From positions 29,388 through 93,387 of the forward strand of contig DAOSLF010000004.1 of NCBI GenBank assembly GCA_035368605.1: DNA of 64,000 nucleotides, given 5' to 3'. Position 1 is the first letter of the stretch. Each line of letters begins with the position of its first letter. The DNA comes from Candidatus Omnitrophota bacterium. GTDB taxonomy: Bacteria; Omnitrophota; Omnitrophia; Omnitrophales; Aquincolibacteriaceae. A program made the position numbers and the translations under genes. The notes under the pieces are model-generated. The model was not told where the DNA came from. It did no database searches and saw nothing but the letters and a program-made list of their open reading frames with translations. Shown in pieces: positions 19,801-28,220 of this stretch.

Positions 19801-22800
19801 CCGGCAGCTTATAGACCTCTTCCAGTTTCAGTTCGAGATCGCTCACATAAACAGAGTCCAGAACCGTCCCGACCTGATCACCGTCCTGATAAGGGACCAC
19901 CGATTCTTCGGAGATCAGCCTGATCACTTCAACCTTGATCTCGTCCCGCGTCAACGCCACAGTTGTCTCCCCATGACGGATACCCTCTCCCGCCCTCAGT
20001 TCCTGACGTGACACAAGACTTCTCTGGCCGGGCATTTCGACACGAGGCTTCGCGCCCACGGGACGAACTCTGAGTTTTCCCTTCACGATCCGAATCTCAG
20101 CCTTGGTCGCGCGGTCTTTGATCATCCGGGTCATCCTGCTCACCAGGGCAAGCTGCACACCCCGTTCGCTGTAATGACGGAACTCCCCGGTCCTGACCTC
20201 GATCGGGAGATCCGACTGTTTGAACCTCACGATCATTTCAATCGCATTCACAAGGCTGTTGACCGGAACCTGCCAGGTGTCAACCCCGACCGTCCGGATA
20301 TAAGATGGCAGCGCCGGCGTCTCGACAGCTTTGACCGCTCCCGCCCGAAGTTCCGCGCGTTGAGATTCCGGAGCGGGCTTCGGGGTGACTAATTGACGAC
20401 GAACTTCCCGGGTCAAAAAACCCGTCAGGTAAGCGCAGAGGATTTCTTTACTAACATCAGATCCTTTACCTTTAAGCTGATCCAGGAAAAGACGCATGGC
20501 CTCAGGACCTTCCGTCGCGAACCTCAGGGCCAGCGCGCGAAAAAGGGCATACTCCGAAACTCCCTCCATCAATTTCCCGATCCTGTTTTCCATCATCCAA
20601 TTGCCTCCGGCCATCAGCATCATGTGGAAATCATTCAAAATATCGCTAAGGGCCTCGAGAATGTCTGTGTGATGTTTCCCGCGCGAGGCATCTTCCCAAA
20701 GCGACTGAAGCCGCCGAAGGAACGGGACGTCGGGACGCCCCTGGGCGTCCTTGAACGCCACGCGACCAAGCCGGGCTCCTTCGAGTTGCGCATTCCCGCG
20801 GATCGCCGAATGCCGCGCGAGCATCCGCTTCCCCTCCTTCGAGATCCAAAAATCTTCAGGTACCGCCCTCCATTCGACAGTGACGGGCAGTCCTTTGACC
20901 TGACCCACGCTAAAGCGGACCGTTTTGAATTGCTGAAGAATGCTCGCAACGCTTTCCTCCGCGGCAAAAAGCACAAAACGTTTGGAGCCTGCGCGGCTCA
21001 AACCAAGAACTGAAATATCCCTGTTGTATGGAATACCGCGAGCGTCCTTGCCTCCCGCGGTAAAGCTGAGGTGCATGCCCAAACCGGACGCGGGTTCTTG
21101 CTTCACGGAAAACGTATCGTCCTTATTCTTCAGAATGAAATGGTACGGGGAAATGGGCCCCCAATCGGTGTAATAATGGCTGCGCATCATGCGCAAAAAA
21201 ACAAGCTCCTGTCCCCCATCAAGCTTCAGAACAGCCTGCTCGGGACGATATGTTTCATGATTATCAAAACCACCGAGATACCGAAAATTGGGATCTTGTT
21301 TCAGTTCCTCCATAAACCGATCCGGCGCCTTCATGAAGCGCAGTTCGTCGTCGGTCGCCCGCGGCAGATCACCCCGCATTTCGGCGCGGCCGGGCGTAAT
21401 CACGCCTTCTTTTTCAGGAACATTCCTCAACCCGGAACGCATGCGGACTTCCCGGCGAACAGCTTCGGCATCTTCAGATTCGTCGATCCCGGAACCCTCG
21501 ATCACGCCATTCCAGGTCGCGGAGGTCACTTCAACCCCGAGTTTACCGAGGATGTAGGAGCGGACATCACCCGCCGCAAACGGATCCCGGGCGAACTCTT
21601 CAGCGAACTCCCGGTATTGGGATTCTGTGATCCCATAAATCTTCGCCCACTCGATGTTTTCACTTTCGGAACGCACTTCATCCTCAAATTCCAATGTCCC
21701 CATGAGTCCGATGCCCCCGATGAAAAATCCAACCGCTGCGATCGCTTTAAGCAAATCGAGAACCGCCGAGCCCCTCGTCCTTTCAGCCTTGGTCCCCTTG
21801 CTGGGTAAGACGGCTCTCTTATCAACAGGCATTAACCGGAAAGCGGGATGGATCGCGAAAACAGCTGCGCCTGATCTTTCAGGCGGGGCCAGCATCGGAT
21901 TCACGGGGAGCTCAACGCGGTCACCGCGTGTTCGGGAGCGCGTCGCCTCGAGAGCCCTCAGAATCGCGTCGTGATTCTTTGTGTAAAAACTCTCCGCCTG
22001 CTTGTCATTCAAACCTGCTTCGCGAAGCGCGTAGGCGATCACATCAGCGATATCGCTATGCTCGTCCTTGAGGATCGTTAGGTTCGTCCGACTCCCTACG
22101 GCATCGAGAAAAAAATCGACATCTCCTTTGATATAATCGCGAAGATCCGCAGCGACTCCAGCGACCATAGCTTCCGCGTTTTCCCGCATTTCGGAACGCC
22201 GCGGCATCGCGTTGATTCTCGCAAGAAGCTTGCGCGAAAAATCCCTTACCCAAGGGTCTTGGTGATTCAGCAATTCCGGGAGGTTTGAAGCGAGGAAGTT
22301 CCGGAGAATCGGCTCATTCGCCACGCGTCCGAACCAGGCTTCCCTCTCACGTTGCCTTCCATGGTTCCCGTTTTTGAGATCCCAAAGAAGCATTTCGTCA
22401 TAAATGGGGCTGGGCGATTCTTCACCAGTGCGCCATTCCGAGCGCGCGGGCACAGTTTCCCGTTCTTGCACATCCGCCTCGAGTTGTTTGATCAGGGCCT
22501 TCCGGGCGGCGATCTGATTATCGAGAGACGCCAGTTGTTTGAATTCCCTATACTTGGGATGATAGGCTTTCGGGTTCGCGGCCAGAAGTTTCCTGTTGTT
22601 TTCCATGACGGAAAGGTTCCCCTTCTCCCGGCGAAGAAGATTACGCGCGGCCTCGAGATCCTTGTCATAAACGGGATCGGACATACGCGCCTCAGCCCGT
22701 TTACGGGGGGAAGTCTCTTCAGGAACATTATCCTGCTTTTTATACCCACCGTAACGATAGAGTGAGTAAAACGCGAACACAAAGAGCCCGGCACCGGCAG

Positions 22801-25630
22801 CGATCGCGGCATAAGACAAAAATCCCAAAGCGTTAACGATCATATTGGAATTAATAAAAACCAATGGGAGGAACCCACCGAATTCGGTCGAACGCCTGGG
22901 GCGCAGCTCCGTTCCCGACCCGCTCCGTTCCTCGGAGATCACTTTATCGAGATGAACGGTTCCGTTCGTGGACCTGACGATAAAATGAAGCCCGTCCGGT
23001 CTTTTCCGGAAATTCCAGATGGTCTGCTTCGGATCGAGCAGAACAGATGCCATAGCCGTGTCCTCGAACGGAATCTCCCCGACCACCGTCAGGACCTTGT
23101 TCCCTTTTTTGGAGATAACCGTGGAAGATTTGCCGGTCCGGGTGACGATCGGAAGCCGGCGGGGCGCGTCGGAGAGGATATAGATCCCGAATTTGCCATC
23201 GATGAAAGTCACGGCGATATCGCCAAAGAGCTTCGCGCGCATGGGCAGATTCCACAAGCGGTTGTTTAAATATTCATACCGCATGTCGCCGATGTCCTTC
23301 ACCCATTTCACTCCAGCCCCGGCCAGCTGCATCTTGTAGATCTTCCCGTCGGTCGTCTCATGGAAGAAGAAAACCTTGAGGATCGTCTGGACATCCCGAA
23401 GAAACGCCTGAAAGTCACCGCTACGCTTGAACGCTTTCAGAAGAGCTGCCAGAAGATCGTTCGCCCTCGTTTGGGGTTTTGCGGTACTTCTCTCCCTCGC
23501 CTCGGCGCGGGCAAGAGCGGAAATGATCGCGCGGTGATGATTCTCAAAAAAGACCTCAGCCTCCTCATTATTAAAACCTTCGCCGCCGAGCGTCTCATAG
23601 ATTTCCTGCGACACATCGGGGAATTCCTCACCGACCTGGGCCAGGGTTGTTTTGTTCCCCAGCGCCGTCAAAATCAGGTATCTGTCACTGGAAACGGCCT
23701 TAAGCAGATTATCCACAATGAGGTTTATCAGGGCGTCGGTCCCGGCAACCTCCCGCACCGGATCTTCCCGGGTTTCCGCGCGGAGTTGCAACGCAAGTGC
23801 CCGCGCGGCCCCGGGATTCCCGGCAAGGACGGGCAGCGCGGCGCGATATTCGGCACGGGCAAGAGCTTCGGCATCAACACCCATTGCCCTCAATTCGGCA
23901 GGCGAAGCGGACACAAACGGGGATTCGCGGGTGGAGCGGGTCACCGGGGACTGGCCGCTGGTCACTGGTTTAATACCGGCAACAGGAGACGGGCGACCAG
24001 CGACTGTCTGCAACGTGTGATTAATGTAGGCCTCATATCCGGCTTTATCCGCATCGGTGATCCTGGGCGACACAAGCGCATAGGTGTAGCCCCTGGAAGA
24101 GAAATAGTCACGGAAGGGTTCGGAGTGAAAACCGCCGGTCACGACAGCCACTTTGTCGGCCCCTGTTTCAAGGAGACGTTTTTCGATCATGCCGATCATC
24201 GCGAGGTCACGGGCCTTGACACCCTCATAGAATTTCAGGGCGCTCGCGTAAAGGGCGTCCAGTTCGCCGGTATGCCTAAAACGGACATCCTTCACCCGCT
24301 TTGACGAGCCGGCCACAGCCTTCTCAAAACGCTTTGCGATCACAGAGGGCGTCAGTTCCGTGGTCCGCTTTAAAAGAGCTTCATAGTCCGCGGGCGTCAG
24401 CTCAAGCGCGAACAGCTTCTGAAGAAGCCGGTAGTCCTTGAGAAGCGAGATCACGGTTTTTTCGGTCGCCGTGCGGGCGAGCTTGTCCGTGACGGCATCC
24501 GTCAATTTCCCGGTCTCGTTCATGAGCGCGGCCGCCTTGAGCTCGCTCGTAAGGATCAGCGTGCCGATGAAGGCGCGGACATTCGGGAAAAGGGCGTAAT
24601 TGAAATCCTGGGGAAGCTGGCGGGTCATTTCTTCAAAAAGAAGGCTGGTCTCGGGATCGGGCAACGGCTGGCTCACCGGATCATTTTTCAGAATCTTTTC
24701 GACGGCGGCGCAGACGCCCGCCCCGGGAATGAAACGCCTGATCGCCTTCAGGAACGAGTCCCGTTCCTTCGGGAGCTTCTTCGCGTCGAGTTCCCGCTGA
24801 AGCTTCCTGATCATGAAAAGCCGCGTTATCATGGGCCATTCAAGCTGTTCGGCGGGATCCCCGAGCTCAAGCTTGAGCGTCCGGGACGATTCTTCCTTCA
24901 GATAGGTAAACCACGCGTCCGGGGGCATGATCTTCTTTTCAAAGGACTCTTGCGTCCGGACGAATTTGCGGAGGTTGTCGTTGAGGTACGGCGCGGAAAG
25001 ACGCTCGATCCCCTCATTCATCTGCGCGAGGAAACCGGAGGTCTTTTCTTTTTGGGTCAACACTTCGACAAAGGCCTCGCCGTTCGCGCGGTATGCGGAG
25101 GCCTCTTCGATGCCATATCCTTCGGCCGACCCGGGATGCCGGACTTTATCGAGAAGGTAAAGTTCGGGACCTTTCACGATCGCGCTCTTCGTGAGCCGGT
25201 CCGCCACCTTCGCCGTAAGCTTGGGGTCCCTGGGGAAGAAGTTCAAGAGTTCGGGACGGAGCCTGAAAGCGCTTCCCTCGACAAGGAGCGTCCGGATGCC
25301 GTAATGCTTGTCGAGATGATGCAAGATCTGGCGGATCTTCTGCTGGGCGTCGTAGTGACCGTGAGCGGTCTGGATATGCACGACGCCCGGTCCCCGCCCC
25401 AGTTTCAGGTCCTCGATCTTCCCTATGTCCCGCGGCAGCGCGAACCGCAGGTTCGTATCGAGAACAGCCTGATACGGGAGATTCACTTCCGACATTGTTG
25501 CCGCGGCAAAAGACACTCCGGGTGTCCAAAGGGTCGTCGCGATGAACGTAACAAGCGTGACAAAAGCAATGGCGGGTTTGAATCTGCCGAAAGAAGAACT
25601 TGAGGCACTTGTGCTGTTTTTGCTGTCCAT
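16802..25630 (-). CDS. Giant (2942 aa) multidomain membrane protein of unknown function.
   Basis: A single uninterrupted 8829-nt ORF. Signal-peptide-like N-terminus FVTLVTFIATTLWTPGVSFAAA. N-terminal region with paired GxxH motifs (HIQTAHGH, VVTGGFHSEP), TraB/GumN/Tiki-superfamily-like. Hydrophobic TM segment about residues 920-960 (LPLVFINSNMIVNALGFLSYAAIAAGAGLFVFAFYSLY). A second possible TM helix lies near residue 1300. A UDPGP-family (UGPase-like) nucleotidyltransferase-like domain lies near the C-terminal third. No homologous full-length protein is recognised. Confidence 0.85.
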   Translation of the reverse strand: MDSKNSTSASSSSFGRFKPAIAFVTLVTFIATTLWTPGVSFAAATMSEVNLPYQAVLDTNLRFALPRDIGKIEDLKLGRGPGVVHIQTAHGHYDAQQKIRQILHHLDKHYGIRTLLVEGSAFRLRPELLNFFPRDPKLTAKVADRLTKSAIVKGPELYLLDKVRHPGSAEGYGIEEASAYRANGEAFVEVLTQKEKTSGFLAQMNEGIERLSAPYLNDNLRKFVRTQESFEKKIMPPDAWFTYLKEESSRTLKLELGDPAEQLEWPMITRLFMIRKLQRELDAKKLPKERDSFLKAIRRFIPGAGVCAAVEKILKNDPVSQPLPDPETSLLFEEMTRQLPQDFNYALFPNVRAFIGTLILTSELKAAALMNETGKLTDAVTDKLARTATEKTVISLLKDYRLLQKLFALELTPADYEALLKRTTELTPSVIAKRFEKAVAGSSKRVKDVRFRHTGELDALYASALKFYEGVKARDLAMIGMIEKRLLETGADKVAVVTGGFHSEPFRDYFSSRGYTYALVSPRITDADKAGYEAYINHTLQTVAGRPSPVAGIKPVTSGQSPVTRSTRESPFVSASPAELRAMGVDAEALARAEYRAALPVLAGNPGAARALALQLRAETREDPVREVAGTDALINLIVDNLLKAVSSDRYLILTALGNKTTLAQVGEEFPDVSQEIYETLGGEGFNNEEAEVFFENHHRAIISALARAEARERSTAKPQTRANDLLAALLKAFKRSGDFQAFLRDVQTILKVFFFHETTDGKIYKMQLAGAGVKWVKDIGDMRYEYLNNRLWNLPMRAKLFGDIAVTFIDGKFGIYILSDAPRRLPIVTRTGKSSTVISKKGNKVLTVVGEIPFEDTAMASVLLDPKQTIWNFRKRPDGLHFIVRSTNGTVHLDKVISEERSGSGTELRPRRSTEFGGFLPLVFINSNMIVNALGFLSYAAIAAGAGLFVFAFYSLYRYGGYKKQDNVPEETSPRKRAEARMSDPVYDKDLEAARNLLRREKGNLSVMENNRKLLAANPKAYHPKYREFKQLASLDNQIAARKALIKQLEADVQERETVPARSEWRTGEESPSPIYDEMLLWDLKNGNHGRQREREAWFGRVANEPILRNFLASNLPELLNHQDPWVRDFSRKLLARINAMPRRSEMRENAEAMVAGVAADLRDYIKGDVDFFLDAVGSRTNLTILKDEHSDIADVIAYALREAGLNDKQAESFYTKNHDAILRALEATRSRTRGDRVELPVNPMLAPPERSGAAVFAIHPAFRLMPVDKRAVLPSKGTKAERTRGSAVLDLLKAIAAVGFFIGGIGLMGTLEFEDEVRSESENIEWAKIYGITESQYREFAEEFARDPFAAGDVRSYILGKLGVEVTSATWNGVIEGSGIDESEDAEAVRREVRMRSGLRNVPEKEGVITPGRAEMRGDLPRATDDELRFMKAPDRFMEELKQDPNFRYLGGFDNHETYRPEQAVLKLDGGQELVFLRMMRSHYYTDWGPISPYHFILKNKDDTFSVKQEPASGLGMHLSFTAGGKDARGIPYNRDISVLGLSRAGSKRFVLFAAEESVASILQQFKTVRFSVGQVKGLPVTVEWRAVPEDFWISKEGKRMLARHSAIRGNAQLEGARLGRVAFKDAQGRPDVPFLRRLQSLWEDASRGKHHTDILEALSDILNDFHMMLMAGGNWMMENRIGKLMEGVSEYALFRALALRFATEGPEAMRLFLDQLKGKGSDVSKEILCAYLTGFLTREVRRQLVTPKPAPESQRAELRAGAVKAVETPALPSYIRTVGVDTWQVPVNSLVNAIEMIVRFKQSDLPIEVRTGEFRHYSERGVQLALVSRMTRMIKDRATKAEIRIVKGKLRVRPVGAKPRVEMPGQRSLVSRQELRAGEGIRHGETTVALTRDEIKVEVIRLISEESVVPYQDGDQVGTVLDSVYVSDLELKLEEVYKLPDGYLWNRISVQSTADDIAQTVFDFVDARAIRAGAAGIRAEMRVGATAAEIARGVGLFAGTLRPTGIRGTVRPSQDADFREIQMSQWPETGRKEDASRGAGLVARGVVAFATAAAGASSRQSTDKVPAGALSMIDKLHGKGHKLMSKGATPIGEYGDRVYSYMGLMLTDIGMLLREVSSAVSGASTSKNRVLIMTNANYQEELNEELKRNGFYGIPGEQFVRNQGRIGFQQDLAPKFYLSERDIPKAYATAVKASPEVPIEEHNARRDASIQKAREVEAAIANGHPEAVIHPTERDPAGHAEFFHQMVSKGILLDLIDAGIKYIPFRNIDNAAATYDANFLTLLGWMDRKGYDAIFEVSRRGPGMKGGAWMIGQRGNHRIAEDPSIEATWKRIVADYEKDGWRRQLQIDPATGKGKTPEKLPAGVLSDLEAKIMAGQSIEIEPTDLSYETETIMTVKGLRQLANADKEKEESRIAVFRNAEGDYRLIRKVNSADVVGMNNAVAIYTPKYIADIYRRDATQSFDDFVNEMRDARSKGTLEKLAERGRAKLPLLFDPKPSKDLSVIGLGKAEGNMHEVTGEVSDNVRVRAVGTASLREFDMDRFNALSDYDKAAFMDRVVFRFLATKQWEGPVESWVANLKLYPIIIKRVMEGRRVDIQELRKNGLQGYDGTAGALRAEARISPTLPTTSVAVNAVPANTQDGFGVKDLEPDLRRITMPSFLAFVRHLRFGIFPETVRQAVMEQFRHGTEVLGMLMAKVGISKASAATRAPETALLDKYFTAGQRTELVMSPEDLESNGTFYVSGSFMNRFIREDAGTLFDVLKIYRDKARAAGVKTLLKTSGDAGMFEEMIKALYRKNAVAPKDFRERDEIVAALKSGEILGIHVLAAGQTEVGVVKTLTASLDGKIATLFDDEAVLELLEGGNNFAVTANVGRGDLKLIGRLIVELSSVAELSGDTLLKVLEDIVPNYGKKGTSGFTIGALTIASIAERFVERALIARSA

Positions 25631-26015
25631 CGTTTAAGGTTTAACCCTTTCTTGCCGGTGTCAGGCGGATTTTGAAACGTGTTTTTTAAGAAATGAAACC
25701 CATTTTATCGATTTATTTTGAACCTTTAGAAAGGTTTCAGAAATATAACCGACAGTTATTTTATTTACAAGGGGCAGGGCCTGATTTTTTTAATATTTTC
25801 TCCTGGAGGTCGGCTGGCAAACATGCAAAAAACATCGCAAGGTTTTAGCAGCCTTCTATCATTGCCAGGATATAGCATAACCTAGCATTCACACACTTTT
25901 CTCGATAGAACGTTCCGGATCGATCTACACGACGGGGGCGAAGGCTGGGCTGGCGCGAGGTAAAGCGGGTAATAAAATGCCGGAGAAGAAAAGAGGATCA
26001 GCAAACGCCGAAAAA
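25631..26015 (-). promoter_or_regulatory. AT-rich (about 40% GC) intergenic island upstream of giant gene 1; probable promoter/regulatory region.
   Basis: Composition is sharply lower than the flanking 60% GC. It contains A/T tracts and several TAAAAT/TATTTT -10-like hexamers on the transcribed strand. It lies between the lpxA 3' end and the giant gene start. Confidence 0.5.
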
Positions 26016-26885
26016 TCAGAGGACTTCCGCGGTTTCCGAGTCATCGGCGGATTCCGCTTGAGAAGATCCGCGATGTTTGCGGTGGGAGATCGTATCCGAA
26101 CCGGACATGGAACCATCGATGATCCCCCGCCTGGATGCTTCGATGAATGCCACGAAGTGCGCCACTTCGGGACTCCGGAACCGTTTTTTGATCTCCTCGA
26201 GGGCCTGGGTGGTATTAAGACCCGACCGGTACAAAAGGCGGTAGGCTTCCTTGATCTCGGTTCTCGTCACGGCCCCGATCCCCGCCCGGCGCATGCCAAC
26301 CACGTTGATCCCCTGGGCAACGCCCGGACGTCCTCCGCAGATGACAAACGGCGGGATATCCTTGTTGAAAGCCGAAAGGGCGCTCACCATCGCGAGCGTC
26401 CCGATGCGCGAAAACTGGTGGAATCCCGTCATGCCGGAAAGAAACGCGCGGTCCTCGACGACGCAGTGCCCTGTCAACGAAGCCTGGTTGACCATGATGA
26501 TGTTATTCCCGAGGTGGCAATTGTGCGCGATATGGCAGTACGCCATGATGAAATTTCCGTCTCCGATCACAGTCGACGTCCCCGCCTTGGTCCCCCGGTG
26601 GATCGTCACGAACTCCCGAATGACGTTCCCGGAGCCGATCTTCGTGAACGTCTCCTCGCCCTTGTACGCGAGGTCCTGCGGCACGTGTCCGACCACGGCG
26701 TTCATGTGAATCTCATTCTGATCGCCGACCTCCGTCCCCTTCCCGAGGAAGGCCCCCTGGAGGATCCGGTTCCCGGAACCGATGCGGACGCCATCCTCGA
26801 TCACGACATTCGGTCCTATCGTGTTGTCCGCGCCGAGCACAACATCCCTGCCGATCACGGACGCTGGATGGATGGCGTTGGTCAT
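26016..26885 (-). CDS. lpxA: Acyl-[ACP]--UDP-N-acetylglucosamine O-acyltransferase.
   Basis: 289 aa. Left-handed beta-helix hexapeptide repeats throughout. A conserved catalytic His region is present. It carries a C-terminal tail of about 25 aa that is Ser/acidic-rich beyond typical LpxA length. Confidence 0.9.
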   Translation of the reverse strand: MTNAIHPASVIGRDVVLGADNTIGPNVVIEDGVRIGSGNRILQGAFLGKGTEVGDQNEIHMNAVVGHVPQDLAYKGEETFTKIGSGNVIREFVTIHRGTKAGTSTVIGDGNFIMAYCHIAHNCHLGNNIIMVNQASLTGHCVVEDRAFLSGMTGFHQFSRIGTLAMVSALSAFNKDIPPFVICGGRPGVAQGINVVGMRRAGIGAVTRTEIKEAYRLLYRSGLNTTQALEEIKKRFRSPEVAHFVAFIEASRRGIIDGSMSGSDTISHRKHRGSSQAESADDSETAEVL

Positions 26886-26952
26886 TGTTCCGGTCCCCGG
26901 GGCCAGCCCCTTTCAAGAAAGTTTATCGCCAAAACAGATGCGTTCATCACAA

Positions 26953-28215
26953 TCAGACTTTTCTGAGAATCAGGATCGAATTCTTCCCCCCGAAACCGAA
27001 GGAATTCTTCATCGCGGTCCGGATCTTCGCGGGACGCGCTTCGTTGGGGACATAATCCAGGTCGCACTCTGTGTCTTTCAGATGATAGTTGATCGTCGGA
27101 GGGATCACCTGATTCTCCATCGCGAGCAACGTCGCGATCATTTCCACACTTCCCGCAGCACCGATCAGGTGGCCGATCATGGATTTTGTCGAGCTGACGG
27201 GAATCTTGTAGGCGTGGTCCCCAAAAACCTTTTTAATGACGAGCGTTTCGGTCTTGTCATTCAGCGGCGTCGACGTTCCGTGGGCATTGATGTAATCGAC
27301 ATCCTCGGGCTGTATTCCGGCATTGCGAAGAGCCAAACGCATCGCGCGGCTCGCCTCCTTTCCTTCCGGGTCGGGAGCGGTCATGTGATACGCATCGCAG
27401 GTCATTCCATGGCTCAGAATCTCGGCATAGATATGAGCGCCGCGCTTCCGGGCATGTTCATACTCTTCGACCACAAACATTCCGGCGCCTTCACCGAGAA
27501 CGAACCCGTCACGGTCGGCACAAAAAGGCCGGGAGGCCTTTTCGGGCTGGTCGTTGCGGGTCGAAAGGGCGCGTGCCACGCAAAAAGAAGCCATGATGCC
27601 CGGGAAGATTGTCGCCTCGGCGCCACCCATGATCAGGAAATCCAATTGGCCGCTCCGGATCGCGTCAAACGCGTAACCGCAGGCGTCGGAAGCCGAGGAA
27701 CAGGCCGTCGCAAGCGAAAAACTGGGACCCGTCACGCCGAGCTCGATCGAGACATTGCCCGCACAGGCATCCGGGAACGACGCGAGGGCCGTGAACGGAT
27801 TAATGCGCATCGGACCCCGGTCCCGGAGAATATCATGCTGTTCGAGAATGTAACCGACACCGGCAAGGGCCGTCCCGATGATCACGCCGGTCCGCTCCCG
27901 GTGGCCATCCGCCTGGAGATCGAGACCCGCGTCCTGGACCGCCATCCTGGAAGCGACGACCGCAAGCTGGGTCGTACGGTCCATGCGTTTGAGTTTTTTG
28001 GGAAGGATATGCGCGGCCGGATCGAAATCCTTGATCTCGCCGGCGAACTTTGTGGTGAAAGCGGAGGTGTCGAACGATGAAATGAGCGACACGCCGCTCT
28101 TGCCTTGCGAAAGGGACTCCCAAAACGCCTTCTTACCGGCACCGATGGATGAAACCACACCGATGCCGGTAATAACTACTCGGCGATGACTCCCGGCAGA
28201 AGGCTGCACGATCAC
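26953..28215 (-). CDS. fabF: 3-oxoacyl-[ACP] synthase II.
   Basis: 420 aa. Active-site Cys motif ATACSSAS. His-His motifs (AHGTSTPLND, IGHLIGAAG). Typical KAS II length. Confidence 0.9.
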   Translation of the reverse strand: MIVQPSAGSHRRVVITGIGVVSSIGAGKKAFWESLSQGKSGVSLISSFDTSAFTTKFAGEIKDFDPAAHILPKKLKRMDRTTQLAVVASRMAVQDAGLDLQADGHRERTGVIIGTALAGVGYILEQHDILRDRGPMRINPFTALASFPDACAGNVSIELGVTGPSFSLATACSSASDACGYAFDAIRSGQLDFLIMGGAEATIFPGIMASFCVARALSTRNDQPEKASRPFCADRDGFVLGEGAGMFVVEEYEHARKRGAHIYAEILSHGMTCDAYHMTAPDPEGKEASRAMRLALRNAGIQPEDVDYINAHGTSTPLNDKTETLVIKKVFGDHAYKIPVSSTKSMIGHLIGAAGSVEMIATLLAMENQVIPPTINYHLKDTECDLDYVPNEARPAKIRTAMKNSFGFGGKNSILILRKV

Positions 28216-28220
28216 CCGTC

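Noticed and set aside
17570-20011. Plus-strand ORFs of 402 aa (17570-18778) and 374 aa (18887-20011) inside giant gene 1, plus other plus-strand ORFs at 20393-24304.
   Set aside because: All lie antisense to a continuous 8.8-kb minus-strand ORF with recognisable domains. Composition is Arg/Pro-rich. No motifs.
16802-25630. Giant gene 1 as an NRPS/PKS megasynthase.
   Set aside because: No condensation (HHxxxDG), adenylation (A-core) or KS/AT/ACP motifs. Instead it has a signal peptide, TM helices and a UGPase-like domain.
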